Shown: positions 44,718-54,581 of the stretch, in pieces | Layout of the letters: each line of letters begins with the position of its first letter | Position numbering within the stretch: position 1 is the stretch's first letter | Source: Bacilli bacterium | GTDB lineage: Bacteria > Bacillota_I > Bacilli_A > RFN20 > CAG-826 | DNA length: 64,000 nucleotides | Reading direction: 5' to 3' | Assembly (NCBI GenBank): GCA_041654855.1 | Contig: JBAZCS010000001.1 | Span: forward strand, 985 to 64,984 | The notes under the pieces: generated by a model | What the model was told of the DNA's origin: nothing | What the model saw: only the letters and a program-made list of their open reading frames with translations | Database searches by the model: none | Made by a program: the position numbers and the translations under genes

Positions 44718-46385
44718 ATGCGTGAAAAACTTGCAAACTTAATCTTCCCGGAGATTAATAAAACAATTAAAGATTTAGAAAAAGAATATCCAAAAAGAAA
44801 ATTAATAGAAGGTGCGGAAGTAACGCGCTTTGCCCCGTCCCCTACGGGTTTTTTACACACCGGTAGTTTATTTACCGCCCTTGTGGCAAAGACTGTCGCT
44901 AACCAAAGTAAAGGAATTTTTTTTGTTCGCCTTGAAGATACTGATACGAAACGGGAAATTGCAGGAGCAGGGGAAACCTTACTAAAAGAGATGAACCTTT
45001 TTGATGTATTTCCTGACGAAGGTTATATGGGAGAAAAGGAAGAAGGGGTATATGGTCCTTATAAACAAAGTGAACGAGCGGCTATTTATAAAACAGTCAT
45101 TAAAGAAATGATTAAAGATGACTTAGCCTATCCTTGCTTTTGTACGAATCACGATTTAAGTGCCTTACGGGCGACCCAAGAAGCAAATAAAGTAGTGCCG
45201 GGATATTACGGTGCTTACGCGCGATGTAGTTTTTTAAGTGCGGAAGAAGCAATTAATAGAATTAATAATGGTGAAAATTATGTTTTACGTTTTCGTAGTA
45301 AAGGTAATCATGAGAATAAAATTAGTTTTAATGACGTTATTAAAGGCACGATTGAAATTGCCGAAAATGATCAACATATCGTTATTTTAAAAAGTGATGG
45401 CTTACCAACTTATCACTTCGCTCACCTTTGTGACGATCATTTCATGCATACGACACTTGTTACGCGTGGTGAAGAATGGATCAGCAGCGTTCCACTTCAT
45501 TTAGAACTCTTTAAAGCGCTTAAATTTAACACCCCGCGTTATGCGCATTTGCCCGTAATTAATAAACTTGATAACGGTAATAAACGCAAACTTAGTAAAA
45601 GAAAAGACCCCGAAGCCGCGGTTACTTATTTCCTAAACCTTGGTTATCCTATTAAAGCAATCCTTACTTATTTAATGAGTATCGCGAATAGTAATTTTGA
45701 AGAATGGTGGGCGGAAAATAAAAAAGCCCCACTTTCAGATTTTAACTTTAACTTATCACGGATGAGTGTTGATGGCGCGCTTTTTGATTTAGAGAAAGTA
45801 AATTTCTTTGCCCGTGAATATATTGCTTCCCTTACCGCCCTTGAAGTAAGTAAAGAATACATTGACTATTTAAAGTTTACCGGTGATAAAGCATTACTTA
45901 AACGTATTGAAAATGACTATGAACGGTTTACAAAAATTATGAATATTGAGCGGGAAAGCATTAAACCACGTAAAGACTACAGTCATTATGCGATGGTTTA
46001 TGACACCATTAAGTTTTTCTATAATGATGAATTTGAAAAGATAATTAATGAAGATAAAATTGAACCATTTAATGAAACATTAAATAAGGAAACAATCATT
46101 GCGTTATTAATCGCTTTACAAACTGATCTTAAATATGGCGAAGGTAATGAAGTGTGGTTTAATTCGCTTAAAGAAATAGCGACTAAAAATGGTTTCGCCC
46201 TGAATAATAAGCAATTTAAGAGTGATCCCGCGTCTTTTAAAGGGGTAGTCGCTGATGTTGCCGAAGTATTACGTATTAGTGTAGTCGGTGCGAAAAAAAG
46301 CCCAAATCTTTATGAAGTATTAACAATTTTAGGAAAAGAAGAAGTAAATCGGCGCCTAAATATAATAATGTTAAAGATAAAATAA
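44718..46385 (+). CDS. gltX: Glutamyl-tRNA synthetase (class I), atypical: HTGS in place of HIGH, ~35-aa N-terminal extension, 555 aa.
   Basis: RFAPSPTGFLHTGSL...FFVRLEDTDTKRE. KMSKS present as KLSKRK. C-terminal anticodon-binding block VVGAKKSPNLYEVLTILGKEEVNRRL. AGTGAGGT RBS before ATG 44718. The ORF-track start overlapping the tRNA is an artefact. Confidence 0.75.
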   Translation: MREKLANLIFPEINKTIKDLEKEYPKRKLIEGAEVTRFAPSPTGFLHTGSLFTALVAKTVANQSKGIFFVRLEDTDTKREIAGAGETLLKEMNLFDVFPDEGYMGEKEEGVYGPYKQSERAAIYKTVIKEMIKDDLAYPCFCTNHDLSALRATQEANKVVPGYYGAYARCSFLSAEEAINRINNGENYVLRFRSKGNHENKISFNDVIKGTIEIAENDQHIVILKSDGLPTYHFAHLCDDHFMHTTLVTRGEEWISSVPLHLELFKALKFNTPRYAHLPVINKLDNGNKRKLSKRKDPEAAVTYFLNLGYPIKAILTYLMSIANSNFEEWWAENKKAPLSDFNFNLSRMSVDGALFDLEKVNFFAREYIASLTALEVSKEYIDYLKFTGDKALLKRIENDYERFTKIMNIERESIKPRKDYSHYAMVYDTIKFFYNDEFEKIINEDKIEPFNETLNKETIIALLIALQTDLKYGEGNEVWFNSLKEIATKNGFALNNKQFKSDPASFKGVVADVAEVLRISVVGAKKSPNLYEVLTILGKEEVNRRLNIIMLKIK

Positions 46386-46490
46386 GCCCTTAATACTATA
46401 AAATATATCGGTTTTGCAATTTTATAGTTGCATTTTGCTACTCTTTTTATTACTATTATTATATAGTTTATTAGAAAGGATTATATAATT

Positions 46491-47672
46491 ATGAAACAAA
46501 AAAGAACTAGCGCATTGCTAACGCTCATTCTTGGAATCCTTATTTTAGGATTTGTCGCCTTTACGCATGTTGTTGGTACGCTTGTCGTACTTCCCGGAGC
46601 CCCTGCTGGGTTTTCTGGGTTTGTGCAAGCCTTATTAAACAACGTCGTAAAAGTATTTGTTATTGACTTTGCAGTACGTGAACAACTCATTGGCTTTATC
46701 TTTGGGGTTGTTGGCGTTGGCTTAGCCATTATTTTTGCCGTTGTGTGGGCCATTCGCCTTCTCGTTTATCGCCGGCGGCCTTGTAATCTTCTTTCCCCAC
46801 TATTTTTCTTAATTGCCGTATTCGTGGGGGTCGTACTTATTAGTTCGCACTACATTATTGAAGTCGCCTTCGATCAAAATGTTGCGATGGTACCAACCGC
46901 TTATTGGTTTGTCCTTGGTGTCTTAATCGTCGCCTTAGGCTTACACTTATTAGTCGTTGGTCTTGTTACTTCAGGTAGCCGTAAAGAAAAATCATTACTT
47001 GAAGAAGAAGTCGCCGAGGAAGAAGAAAAAGCCGAAGAAGAAGTTTTAGAAGAAGAAAAAGAAGAAGAAAAAGCAAAAGTTGATCTTGAAGATCCCGAAC
47101 TTGAAGCCCTTATTCGCAAACTCGCCAACGAAGAAATCGATAAACGCGAACCAGTCGTTGTTGAAAAAGTTGTTGAGAAAAAAGCTGAACCGGCACCAAA
47201 AGCGGAACCAGCTAAAGTGGTAGCCGCCCCTGCACCAGCTAAACCAGCGAAGAAACCAACACCAGAACGTATTGCGTTCCCTGACCGGATGCAAATGGTT
47301 GATGAATCAGTGAAGGCTGACTATAACGTCCTTAAAAACTACTTATTAAGTTACGGATTAAATAGTCGGGTTAGTAATGTTGGTGATTCATTCCGTAGTG
47401 GTCGCGTCTTATATGCGCGCTTAACAAATAGCGGAAACAGCGGACTTAAACTTTACTTACCAATTAATCTTGATGATTATAAAGATAGTAAAATTCCGCT
47501 TAAATCAGCCGAAGGCGTTAAGCAATATGAAGACGTCCCAGTATTCATCTATGTCCGCAGTGACCTCTCGATGAAACGAGCGTTACAATTAATTGATGAT
47601 GTGATGGAGAAAAATGGTATCGTGAAAAAGTTCGAACCAGAAACTACTGACCACGTCAAAGAATTAAAGTAA
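46491..47672 (+). CDS. Hypothetical membrane protein: 4-TM N-domain, acidic and Ala/Pro/Lys-rich low-complexity linker, conserved C-terminal globular domain.
   Basis: By eye, noticeably higher GC than the flanks. GAA-repeat stretch encodes EEEVAEEEEKAEEEVLEEEKEEEK. Then AEPAPKAEPAKVVAAPAPAKPAKKPTPE. C-terminal domain of about 130 aa. Confidence 0.55.
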   Translation: MKQKRTSALLTLILGILILGFVAFTHVVGTLVVLPGAPAGFSGFVQALLNNVVKVFVIDFAVREQLIGFIFGVVGVGLAIIFAVVWAIRLLVYRRRPCNLLSPLFFLIAVFVGVVLISSHYIIEVAFDQNVAMVPTAYWFVLGVLIVALGLHLLVVGLVTSGSRKEKSLLEEEVAEEEEKAEEEVLEEEKEEEKAKVDLEDPELEALIRKLANEEIDKREPVVVEKVVEKKAEPAPKAEPAKVVAAPAPAKPAKKPTPERIAFPDRMQMVDESVKADYNVLKNYLLSYGLNSRVSNVGDSFRSGRVLYARLTNSGNSGLKLYLPINLDDYKDSKIPLKSAEGVKQYEDVPVFIYVRSDLSMKRALQLIDDVMEKNGIVKKFEPETTDHVKELK

Positions 47673-47692
47673 GTTAAAAATTACTAAAAATT

Positions 47693-47718
47693 AGCCTATG
47701 CCCGCATAGGCTTTTTTT
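47693..47718 (+). terminator. Rho-independent terminator.
   Basis: Perfect palindrome AGCCTATGCCCGCATAGGCT followed by TTTTTTT. Confidence 0.65.
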
Positions 47719-47806
47719 ATTACCCTTTATAAATAAATTGAAGTCTTTTATTGTTTATGATATTATCTTATCGTGCAACTAGCAGCAAAAGGAGTGTGGT
47801 TATTAA

Positions 47807-48826
47807 ATGCCTGATGAGCCTCTGACGTGGCTTTTATTAATACTTTATTTACTTGGTAGTGCTTATTGTAGTGCGACTGAGACGGCATTTATGACTGCGA
47901 ACCGTTTCAAAATAAAGGCGAAGGCAGAAGAAGGTAGCATTAGTGCACGCCTTGCTTCATGGGTGCTCGTCCGCCTTGAAAATAGTATAGTATCGGTCGT
48001 TTTATTTAACAATTTAGTTAATATGCTTTTTACTGCGCTTTTAACGGTCACTTTATTAAACTTAAACTTCGCTGATCAGGCGGAACTTTATGCGACGCTT
48101 ATAGGGGTACCGGTTATTTTCATCTTTGGCGAAACGGTGCCAAAAATTTTAGCAAAAAAATATAATGAAGGCTTTGTCCAAGTTAGCGCCTTTCTCTTAG
48201 TGCCGCTTATTATTATAAGTTACCCCGTTGCCTTAATCTTTAGAGCAATTATATGGCTTTTTAAAAAGGTTTTTAAGTTTCAAGAAGATAACATTTTTAC
48301 CGCGGACGACTTTGAAAATGTCATTGAAGCGATTGAAGAACAAGGGATTATTAACGAAGATGCTAGTGAATTAATCTTATCAAGTTTAGAATTTAGCGAA
48401 ACTGTTGTAAAAGACGTTTTAACGCCAAAACAAAATATTAAAGCTTACGACATTAAAAAGTTTTCAACTAAAACCTTTAATGATTATATTTTGGCTTCAC
48501 CGTTTTCGAGAATTCCGCTTTATGAAGGAACAATTGATAAAATTGTTGGCGTTATTGTGGTCCGCGAATACATTAAACACTATCAAAAAAAGCCAAGCAT
48601 TAATCCAAAAACGATCATGAATAAGCCCTATTTTGTTAACTATAAAATCACAATGACGAAAATGATTGAAGGCTTTAAACGCAAAAACACTCACATCGCT
48701 TTTGTCCTTGATGATCAAAAGAAGTTACTGGGGATGGTGACAATGGAAGACGTATTAGAAGAACTTGTCGGGCAAATCGCCGAAGTCACGTCATCCTTAA
48801 AAGGGGAGGAAAAGTTCGATGTATGA
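47807..48826 (+). CDS. CNNM/CorC-family transporter (DUF21 plus CBS pair) lacking the C-terminal CorC_HlyC domain.
   Basis: DUF21 TM region. CBS pair ending with the EDVLEELVGQI motif. The ORF stops about 10 aa later. 339 aa. Confidence 0.75.
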   Translation: MPDEPLTWLLLILYLLGSAYCSATETAFMTANRFKIKAKAEEGSISARLASWVLVRLENSIVSVVLFNNLVNMLFTALLTVTLLNLNFADQAELYATLIGVPVIFIFGETVPKILAKKYNEGFVQVSAFLLVPLIIISYPVALIFRAIIWLFKKVFKFQEDNIFTADDFENVIEAIEEQGIINEDASELILSSLEFSETVVKDVLTPKQNIKAYDIKKFSTKTFNDYILASPFSRIPLYEGTIDKIVGVIVVREYIKHYQKKPSINPKTIMNKPYFVNYKITMTKMIEGFKRKNTHIAFVLDDQKKLLGMVTMEDVLEELVGQIAEVTSSLKGEEKFDV

Positions 48827-50084
48827 TATGATTCGCATTATCTTAATCGCCCTTTTAGTCTTTTTATCGTTTTTCTTTTCGAGTGCGGAAAGTGCATATT
48901 CGACGACGAATCGTTTACGGCTCGAACGCGATGTTGAAAGTGGGAAAAAGCATAGCGCCCAAGTTAAAAAGATCGTCGATAATTATGATCAAACGGTTTT
49001 AACAATCTTACTTGGCAATAACTTTGTAAATATTGCCCTTACTGCCCTTGTTACCGGGATGGCTTTAAGCTATGATAAGGCGCATGGTTCGACTGGACAA
49101 TATGTCGTTATTTTTACCGGGCTTTTATTCGTCGTTGTCGTCATATTTGGCGAAATTGTCCCAAAAACGATCGGTGTTAAATTTAATTATCGCCTTGCTT
49201 ACTATTATTATTATTTCTTTAAGTTTTTTGAATATTTATTTTTACCAGTCTTATTTTTCTTCCGTTTTCTTACCAATAAGCGGAAAGAAAAAGTAGATAA
49301 CACTAATAATCATGACGGTATATATACTGAAGACGAACTACAACTAATTGTTGATGAAATTGAAGAACAAGGCTTAATTGACGAAGAAACAAGTGACTTA
49401 GTGCGTTCAGCCATTGAGTTTACGGAAACCGAAGCCTATGAAATTATGACGCCGCGAGTCGATGTTTTTAGCTATGACATTGAAGACGACATAAAAAAGA
49501 TTATGAAAGAACAAGAAATTTTTAAATTTAGTCGTATTCCTGTCTATGAAGATACAATTGATAACATTATTGGTATTTTATCAACAAAAGACTTAATTAA
49601 GTTAACGCTTTCGAAAAAGAAGATTAATATTCGCTCACTCATCAAAAAGCCGCTTTTTGTCCACCATACGAAAAATATTAGCCAAATTTTAACTGAATTC
49701 AAAAAGACGAAAAACCATATTGCAATCGTTATTGATGAATATGGGGGTACGGAAGGAATTATTACTCTTGAAGATATTTTAGAAGAAATCATCGGTGAAA
49801 TATGGGATGAAAGTGATGTTGTTGATGAACCAATTGTTAAAAAAAGTGACACTCATTATATTATTGATGGCGGCTTAAACATTGAAGATTTTTTTGAACT
49901 ATTCGCGCTTGAAGAAGATGAAGATAATGATTACGATACGGTTGCCGGTTGGTGTTTAGAAATGCTTGACCGCTTTGCGAAAGTCGGTGATACGTTTAGT
50001 TATGAAAATATAAGAGTTAAGATTATTAAAATTGACGGTTTTGTCGTTGAAAAGGTTGAAGTATTCGTTGAGGAAGAAAAATGA
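48819..50084 (+). CDS. CNNM/CorC/HlyC-family transporter (DUF21, CBS pair, CorC_HlyC), full length.
   Basis: DUF21, CBS (EDILEEIIGEIWDE) and a C-terminal transporter-associated domain (YIIDGGLNIEDF...VKIIKIDGFVVEKVEV). Overlaps the upstream paralog by 8 nt. Confidence 0.8.
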   Translation: MYDMIRIILIALLVFLSFFFSSAESAYSTTNRLRLERDVESGKKHSAQVKKIVDNYDQTVLTILLGNNFVNIALTALVTGMALSYDKAHGSTGQYVVIFTGLLFVVVVIFGEIVPKTIGVKFNYRLAYYYYYFFKFFEYLFLPVLFFFRFLTNKRKEKVDNTNNHDGIYTEDELQLIVDEIEEQGLIDEETSDLVRSAIEFTETEAYEIMTPRVDVFSYDIEDDIKKIMKEQEIFKFSRIPVYEDTIDNIIGILSTKDLIKLTLSKKKINIRSLIKKPLFVHHTKNISQILTEFKKTKNHIAIVIDEYGGTEGIITLEDILEEIIGEIWDESDVVDEPIVKKSDTHYIIDGGLNIEDFFELFALEEDEDNDYDTVAGWCLEMLDRFAKVGDTFSYENIRVKIIKIDGFVVEKVEVFVEEEK

Positions 50085-50998
50085 TTTTACGAACGGCAAG
50101 ATATTTAAAAAAGATTCCTAGTCTTAAAGGAAAGACCTATATAATTACGGGCGCAAATAGCGGACTTGGCTATGCGCTAGCCGAAATTCTTTTAGAAAAA
50201 GAAGCGCATATTATTACTGCAAACCGTAATCCTAAGCGCAGTGCGAACGCCAAAGACAAACTCTTAGAAAAATTTCCGCACGCTAAAATAAGTGAATATT
50301 TTTTTGATCAAAGTGACGAAGCATCAATTATTCACTTTGTTAATGAACTAGCAAAAGATAAAGTCGTGTTTGATGGCTTTGTTTTTAACGCTGGGATTTA
50401 TCTACCAGCGCGGGGTTTAAAAACGAGTAATAGTATGGGCCGTACTTTTGGCATTAATTATTATGGTAACTATTTATTACTTAAAGCCCTTTTAGCGGCA
50501 AACTTAATCCAAAGTGACACTCGCCTTATTTTTACAACGTCGGCGGCTGCTTATAAAAAGCTTAATGAAACCCAATTAAAACGCATTATAAGTGGTACTA
50601 AAGTTTCACGTCACCGTCAATATAAAGGCTCAAAAGCCGCGCTTAATATATTAATCTATGGGCTGATGACTCAAAGTGAAGATTCACCCTTAAAAGTAGA
50701 CGCTAAACTTGCTTTATATCATCCTGGCGTTAGTAATACGAATATTACGCGCTTTAAGTTTAAACCGTTTAATTTTATTGTCCATTTATTTATGCGTATC
50801 GTCTTCCACACACCCCGTAAAGCCGTTTTAGGAGCAGTCTATGCTTTAACGAGTGATGAAGATTTTAATGGGCTCATGATTGTGCCAAACGGTCCTCTAG
50901 AAACAAGCGGCGTGCCGAAAACAAAAAAAATAGACGCTAAGCTTAGTAAGCATCTACCATTATTAATAAATAGTGTTAACGATTTTCTTCAAGACTAA
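50081..50998 (+). CDS. SDR-family oxidoreductase.
   Basis: ITGANSGLGYALA cofactor motif. Y-x-x-x-K (YKGSK). Confidence 0.75.
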   Translation: MILRTARYLKKIPSLKGKTYIITGANSGLGYALAEILLEKEAHIITANRNPKRSANAKDKLLEKFPHAKISEYFFDQSDEASIIHFVNELAKDKVVFDGFVFNAGIYLPARGLKTSNSMGRTFGINYYGNYLLLKALLAANLIQSDTRLIFTTSAAAYKKLNETQLKRIISGTKVSRHRQYKGSKAALNILIYGLMTQSEDSPLKVDAKLALYHPGVSNTNITRFKFKPFNFIVHLFMRIVFHTPRKAVLGAVYALTSDEDFNGLMIVPNGPLETSGVPKTKKIDAKLSKHLPLLINSVNDFLQD

Positions 50999-51572
50999 TA
51001 ATGCGCTTAGCGTATTTTTCATATACTTCTAGTGTTATATCACGAATACTTTGATGTTCGCTATCAATCGTATAATCAATGCCTTCAATGTTCCGTGGAT
51101 TAAATTTCGCGTCATCAATAATAATCCGTTCTAAGGCTACACTTGGATTATCACCACGCGCAATCATCCGTTTTTGGCGAATACTGCGACTTGCCTGCAT
51201 AAAGAAGACAACGATTTCATTATCTTTAAGTGCCTTAATTGGTTTTAAGCCATTTGGTTCAATAATAAGTACTTTATTCGTATCAATCTCAGCTTTTGAA
51301 GTTCCGTAAAAGTTTTCATTATATTCGACAGTTTCCACGAAATGACCATTTTGCTCAAGTTTTAAAAATTCTTCTTTGCTCACAAAATGATAATCAACGC
51401 CATTTTGTTCGCCAGGGCGCATATTTCTTGTCGTATGGGTAACGACTTTTTTCATCGCAAAAATTTTACCAAGCATTTTGGCGACTTCAGTTTTACCACT
51501 GGCACTTGCCCCCATTAATACAATCATATATAAATGATAGACTAAAACCGTTTTAATTGCACGACACAACAT
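50976..51572 (-). CDS. Guanylate kinase-family protein.
   Basis: P-loop GASASGKT. TTR.MRPGEQNGVDYHFVSKEEF...NFYGTS guanylate-kinase motifs. The true start is probably the internal M (MIVLMGAS, 51527). Confidence 0.65.
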   Translation of the reverse strand: MLCRAIKTVLVYHLYMIVLMGASASGKTEVAKMLGKIFAMKKVVTHTTRNMRPGEQNGVDYHFVSKEEFLKLEQNGHFVETVEYNENFYGTSKAEIDTNKVLIIEPNGLKPIKALKDNEIVVFFMQASRSIRQKRMIARGDNPSVALERIIIDDAKFNPRNIEGIDYTIDSEHQSIRDITLEVYEKYAKRIISLEENR

Positions 51573-51613
51573 TTTTTTGTGAGAAAAATTTAAGGTTGTT
51601 GGTATTTATAATT

Positions 51614-52600
51614 ATGAAACTCTTAAAAACGATGTTATTCATGCTTTTTTTAACGCAAATTATTCCGCCCCAGGAATACGCTGCCCCAATCAGTGGCATT
51701 TTACCTTATACGCAGTATCCCAAAGACGTTACTAAGCCGGTAATGGTCTCTTTTGTCTATCATACAACAACTGAGATGACGCTTGAATATGAGTTTTACG
51801 TAAAAAACCCAGAGGGTAAGGTTGTTTTTAATCGGCCGAAACGGCAAATATATTTAGGAAATAATACCGAACTACCGATTTATTATTATTCTTATTCTGG
51901 AGCGACGGGGGTGGGCCGTAATTCTTTAGTGTTTTTACATCGTCCGCTTGGAGAAACAACGTATAAAATCCATACCATATATTTTTATGGCTTTCGCCCC
52001 GGTGTCGAAGTTGATTTAAATGATAAGGTTGATCGTGACACTAAGTTTAGTGAAGAAACAGTTTACGAATATTTTGGCTACACTGCCGGGACCGCCCGTT
52101 TTATTAAAACATCAATGTATAGTAGTGGGCTTATTGAAGAATTAGAGTTGAATCACGATTTATTTCTTAATTTAGATAATCTTTTTCTAAGAACTAACGC
52201 GAAGTATGAAAACGGTGATCAATTGTTTGATGACGCCCGTCTTTATATTAGTGATAAAACATTATACCCGTATCATCTGCATAGTTATGATGGGGAAGCG
52301 GTGCTCCATATTAAACTTATTAAAAATGATTATATTATTTCTTTACATCCCAAAACAATTGTTTATTACGACCCAATTACTCATTTAACGTGTATGGCTT
52401 ATAAAAAAGGGTTTTTACAATCAACAAAATATTTATTTCCAAAAGGACGGAAAGATGATGTTGAAGCAGCGAGTTTTCGTTTGGAAATAAAAGGGCTCGG
52501 TTTTAATAAGTTTAACGCAACCTTTCGCTTTAACGTTAAAATCGCTGATGTCTTTGTTGGCGAAGATGGGTATCACGAAGTAAGGATTGAACGTAATTAA
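51614..52600 (+). CDS. Hypothetical secreted protein (signal peptide), first gene of the Tad-like cluster.
   Basis: MKLLKTMLFMLFLTQIIPPQEYAAP signal-like N-terminus. Y/F-rich, beta-rich composition. 328 aa. Confidence 0.5.
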   Translation: MKLLKTMLFMLFLTQIIPPQEYAAPISGILPYTQYPKDVTKPVMVSFVYHTTTEMTLEYEFYVKNPEGKVVFNRPKRQIYLGNNTELPIYYYSYSGATGVGRNSLVFLHRPLGETTYKIHTIYFYGFRPGVEVDLNDKVDRDTKFSEETVYEYFGYTAGTARFIKTSMYSSGLIEELELNHDLFLNLDNLFLRTNAKYENGDQLFDDARLYISDKTLYPYHLHSYDGEAVLHIKLIKNDYIISLHPKTIVYYDPITHLTCMAYKKGFLQSTKYLFPKGRKDDVEAASFRLEIKGLGFNKFNATFRFNVKIADVFVGEDGYHEVRIERN

Positions 52601-52601
52601 T

Positions 52602-52973
52602 ATGTGGTGGAAATTAGCGTTTGTTTTTCTTTTTCTTTTTAGCGCTCAGTTTACAACTAGTGTACGTTTTAGTCATGTTAATGAAGTGTTTAATAGTATT
52701 ACGCATGATTATGTTTATCACGCCATCACCTTTAGTGAACAAAGCGAAGAAGCATATTTTAATGAAACAACGGTAAACACGATTATTGATGAACATTTCA
52801 CTAATAACTTAAAAGTCAAAAATTACGAGCATAAGATTACTTTTTACCGTAATGGACGGATTAAAAAAATTGGTGAAAGGAGTAATGAGTTTCATATAAA
52901 CCTAAAGGCTAATCTCGGCTTTAATGTGTTTTATGAGAAAACATTTAAATACTATGTCACACGCAATCGATAA
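52602..52973 (+). CDS. Small hypothetical protein with an N-terminal signal/TM segment.
   Basis: MWWKLAFVFLFLFSAQF hydrophobic N-terminus. 123 aa. Overlaps the start of the downstream ATPase gene. Confidence 0.4.
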   Translation: MWWKLAFVFLFLFSAQFTTSVRFSHVNEVFNSITHDYVYHAITFSEQSEEAYFNETTVNTIIDEHFTNNLKVKNYEHKITFYRNGRIKKIGERSNEFHINLKANLGFNVFYEKTFKYYVTRNR

Positions 52974-53892
52974 TGTTATTAGTATTATTGAAACTAGTTT
53001 CCTAAAAGATTTATTAAGTGATGAATCAATTACGGATATTAGTTATAACGGGCAAAATCTTTACTTTTTCTCAAGTAAAAGCGGGCGCGCCTTTTATAAA
53101 AGCATTGATAATAGCCAAGTTTTAACGTTTCTGCGCAATATCGCCAATTACGCGAATGTCCGTTTTTCTTATAGTGATACTTTCTTAGATATCTCTGTTG
53201 GTAAATATCGCTTAAGCGCAATGCATTATGCGCTTAGTCGCTTTGGTTATAAAGAAAGCTTAAGCTTTGCCTTACGCATTAATCATAACTTTTTAGCGCG
53301 TAATCCGCATTATCTTGGCGAAAAGTTAGGCGCCATTTTACAAGATATTATGAGTAAAAAAAGATCGATTATTATAAGTGGAACGACGGGTGTTGGAAAA
53401 ACAACATTACAAAAGTATTTATTAATGTTATTACCACCGAATACGCGTGTATTAGTCATTGATAATGTATTAGAGTTAGGTGAAGTTCACACTTTAAATG
53501 AAACGTTAGATATAACACTTTGGCAAACGAAAGATAATAAAGAAGAAGCGATTCGTGAATATGTGCAAAGGGCGCTACGCTTTCATCCTGATTATTTAAT
53601 TATTGCCGAAAGTCGCGGTCACGAGATGAAAGAAATATTACAAGGAGCGATAAGTGGTCATCCTAACATTGTTACCTTACACGCTGATAGTGCCGAAATC
53701 GCTTATGACCGTGTGTTGTATTTAAGTGGCTCGCCCAATAAAGATGCCTTATACCATGCTTATCCTTATGTTATTCATCTTGCGAAGAAGGAAGACAATA
53801 AAGGACAAGTAAAAAGATATATTGAAAGAATAACGGCCTATGACGTTAAAACGAAAAAGATTAAAGTAATCTACTGTGAGGATAAAGAATGA
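52954..53892 (+). CDS. Secretion/pilus-assembly ATPase of the VirB11/CpaF(TadA)/archaeal FlaI clade, minimal length (312 aa).
   Basis: Walker A ISGTTGVGKTT. Asp-box-like PDYLIIAESRG. His-box TLHADSA. No large N-terminal domain. Confidence 0.7.
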   Translation: MSHAIDNVISIIETSFLKDLLSDESITDISYNGQNLYFFSSKSGRAFYKSIDNSQVLTFLRNIANYANVRFSYSDTFLDISVGKYRLSAMHYALSRFGYKESLSFALRINHNFLARNPHYLGEKLGAILQDIMSKKRSIIISGTTGVGKTTLQKYLLMLLPPNTRVLVIDNVLELGEVHTLNETLDITLWQTKDNKEEAIREYVQRALRFHPDYLIIAESRGHEMKEILQGAISGHPNIVTLHADSAEIAYDRVLYLSGSPNKDALYHAYPYVIHLAKKEDNKGQVKRYIERITAYDVKTKKIKVIYCEDKE

Positions 53893-54581
53893 CCCTAGTT
53901 ATCATCTTCCCCCTCTTACTTGTTATATTAATTGGCACATATTCTTATCTTGTTCTTGGTAGTGTTTTCTATTTAATGATAAATAGTGCAATCACCTTAC
54001 TATTTGCGATATATTTAGCGATTCGTCTATATTATTATCAAAATCTTATTGCCCGTAAACGCTTTATGTTTTCGTTCATTGAACTTTTTATTTTAAATTT
54101 TGATGTGCAAAAAAGTATTGAAGCAACGATGGCCATTATTTTCCCCTTATTTAGCGCAACCGAGCAAAAAACATTGAATCGCTTGCAAAAAGGCGATGGA
54201 TTGAGTCTTGTTGAGCAGTTAAAGTTATATTTTAATGATTATTATTATGAATCATTTTTTGATATGTTAATGGTGGTCGTTGATCGTGGGGGCTCTTTTA
54301 TTAAGGTGAGTGAAGTGCTTTTATACACCATATCGGATAGTGAAGCGCAGCTTATTAAATTAAACCGCATTGACAATACTTATTTAATTAAGTTTGTCTT
54401 TAACTGGCTTTTTATTATGGCCGTTGCTGTTATCTTTCGTTTTGCCTTAAACGATACGATAAACCTTAATAATTTAGACTTAACGTATTTAGTAGGTAAT
54501 GAAATATTTATGGGTACCTTTTTACTAAGTTTAACGTTACTTATTGAAAATAGATTACGGAGGAGTAAAAATGTCACTTAA
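53889..54581 (+). CDS. Polytopic membrane protein, TadB/TadC-like (single T2SS-F-like domain).
   Basis: Directly follows the ATPase with an ATGA overlap. N- and C-terminal TM helices flank a soluble helical region. 230 aa. Confidence 0.45.
   Translation: MTLVIIFPLLLVILIGTYSYLVLGSVFYLMINSAITLLFAIYLAIRLYYYQNLIARKRFMFSFIELFILNFDVQKSIEATMAIIFPLFSATEQKTLNRLQKGDGLSLVEQLKLYFNDYYYESFFDMLMVVVDRGGSFIKVSEVLLYTISDSEAQLIKLNRIDNTYLIKFVFNWLFIMAVAVIFRFALNDTINLNNLDLTYLVGNEIFMGTFLLSLTLLIENRLRRSKNVT

Noticed and set aside
46960-47110. GAA/GAAGAA tandem repeats, possibly a CRISPR or VNTR.
   Set aside because: The repeats are in-frame and encode the poly-Glu/Lys linker of the 46491-47672 membrane protein. No spacer-repeat periodicity. 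No CRISPR array anywhere in the window.
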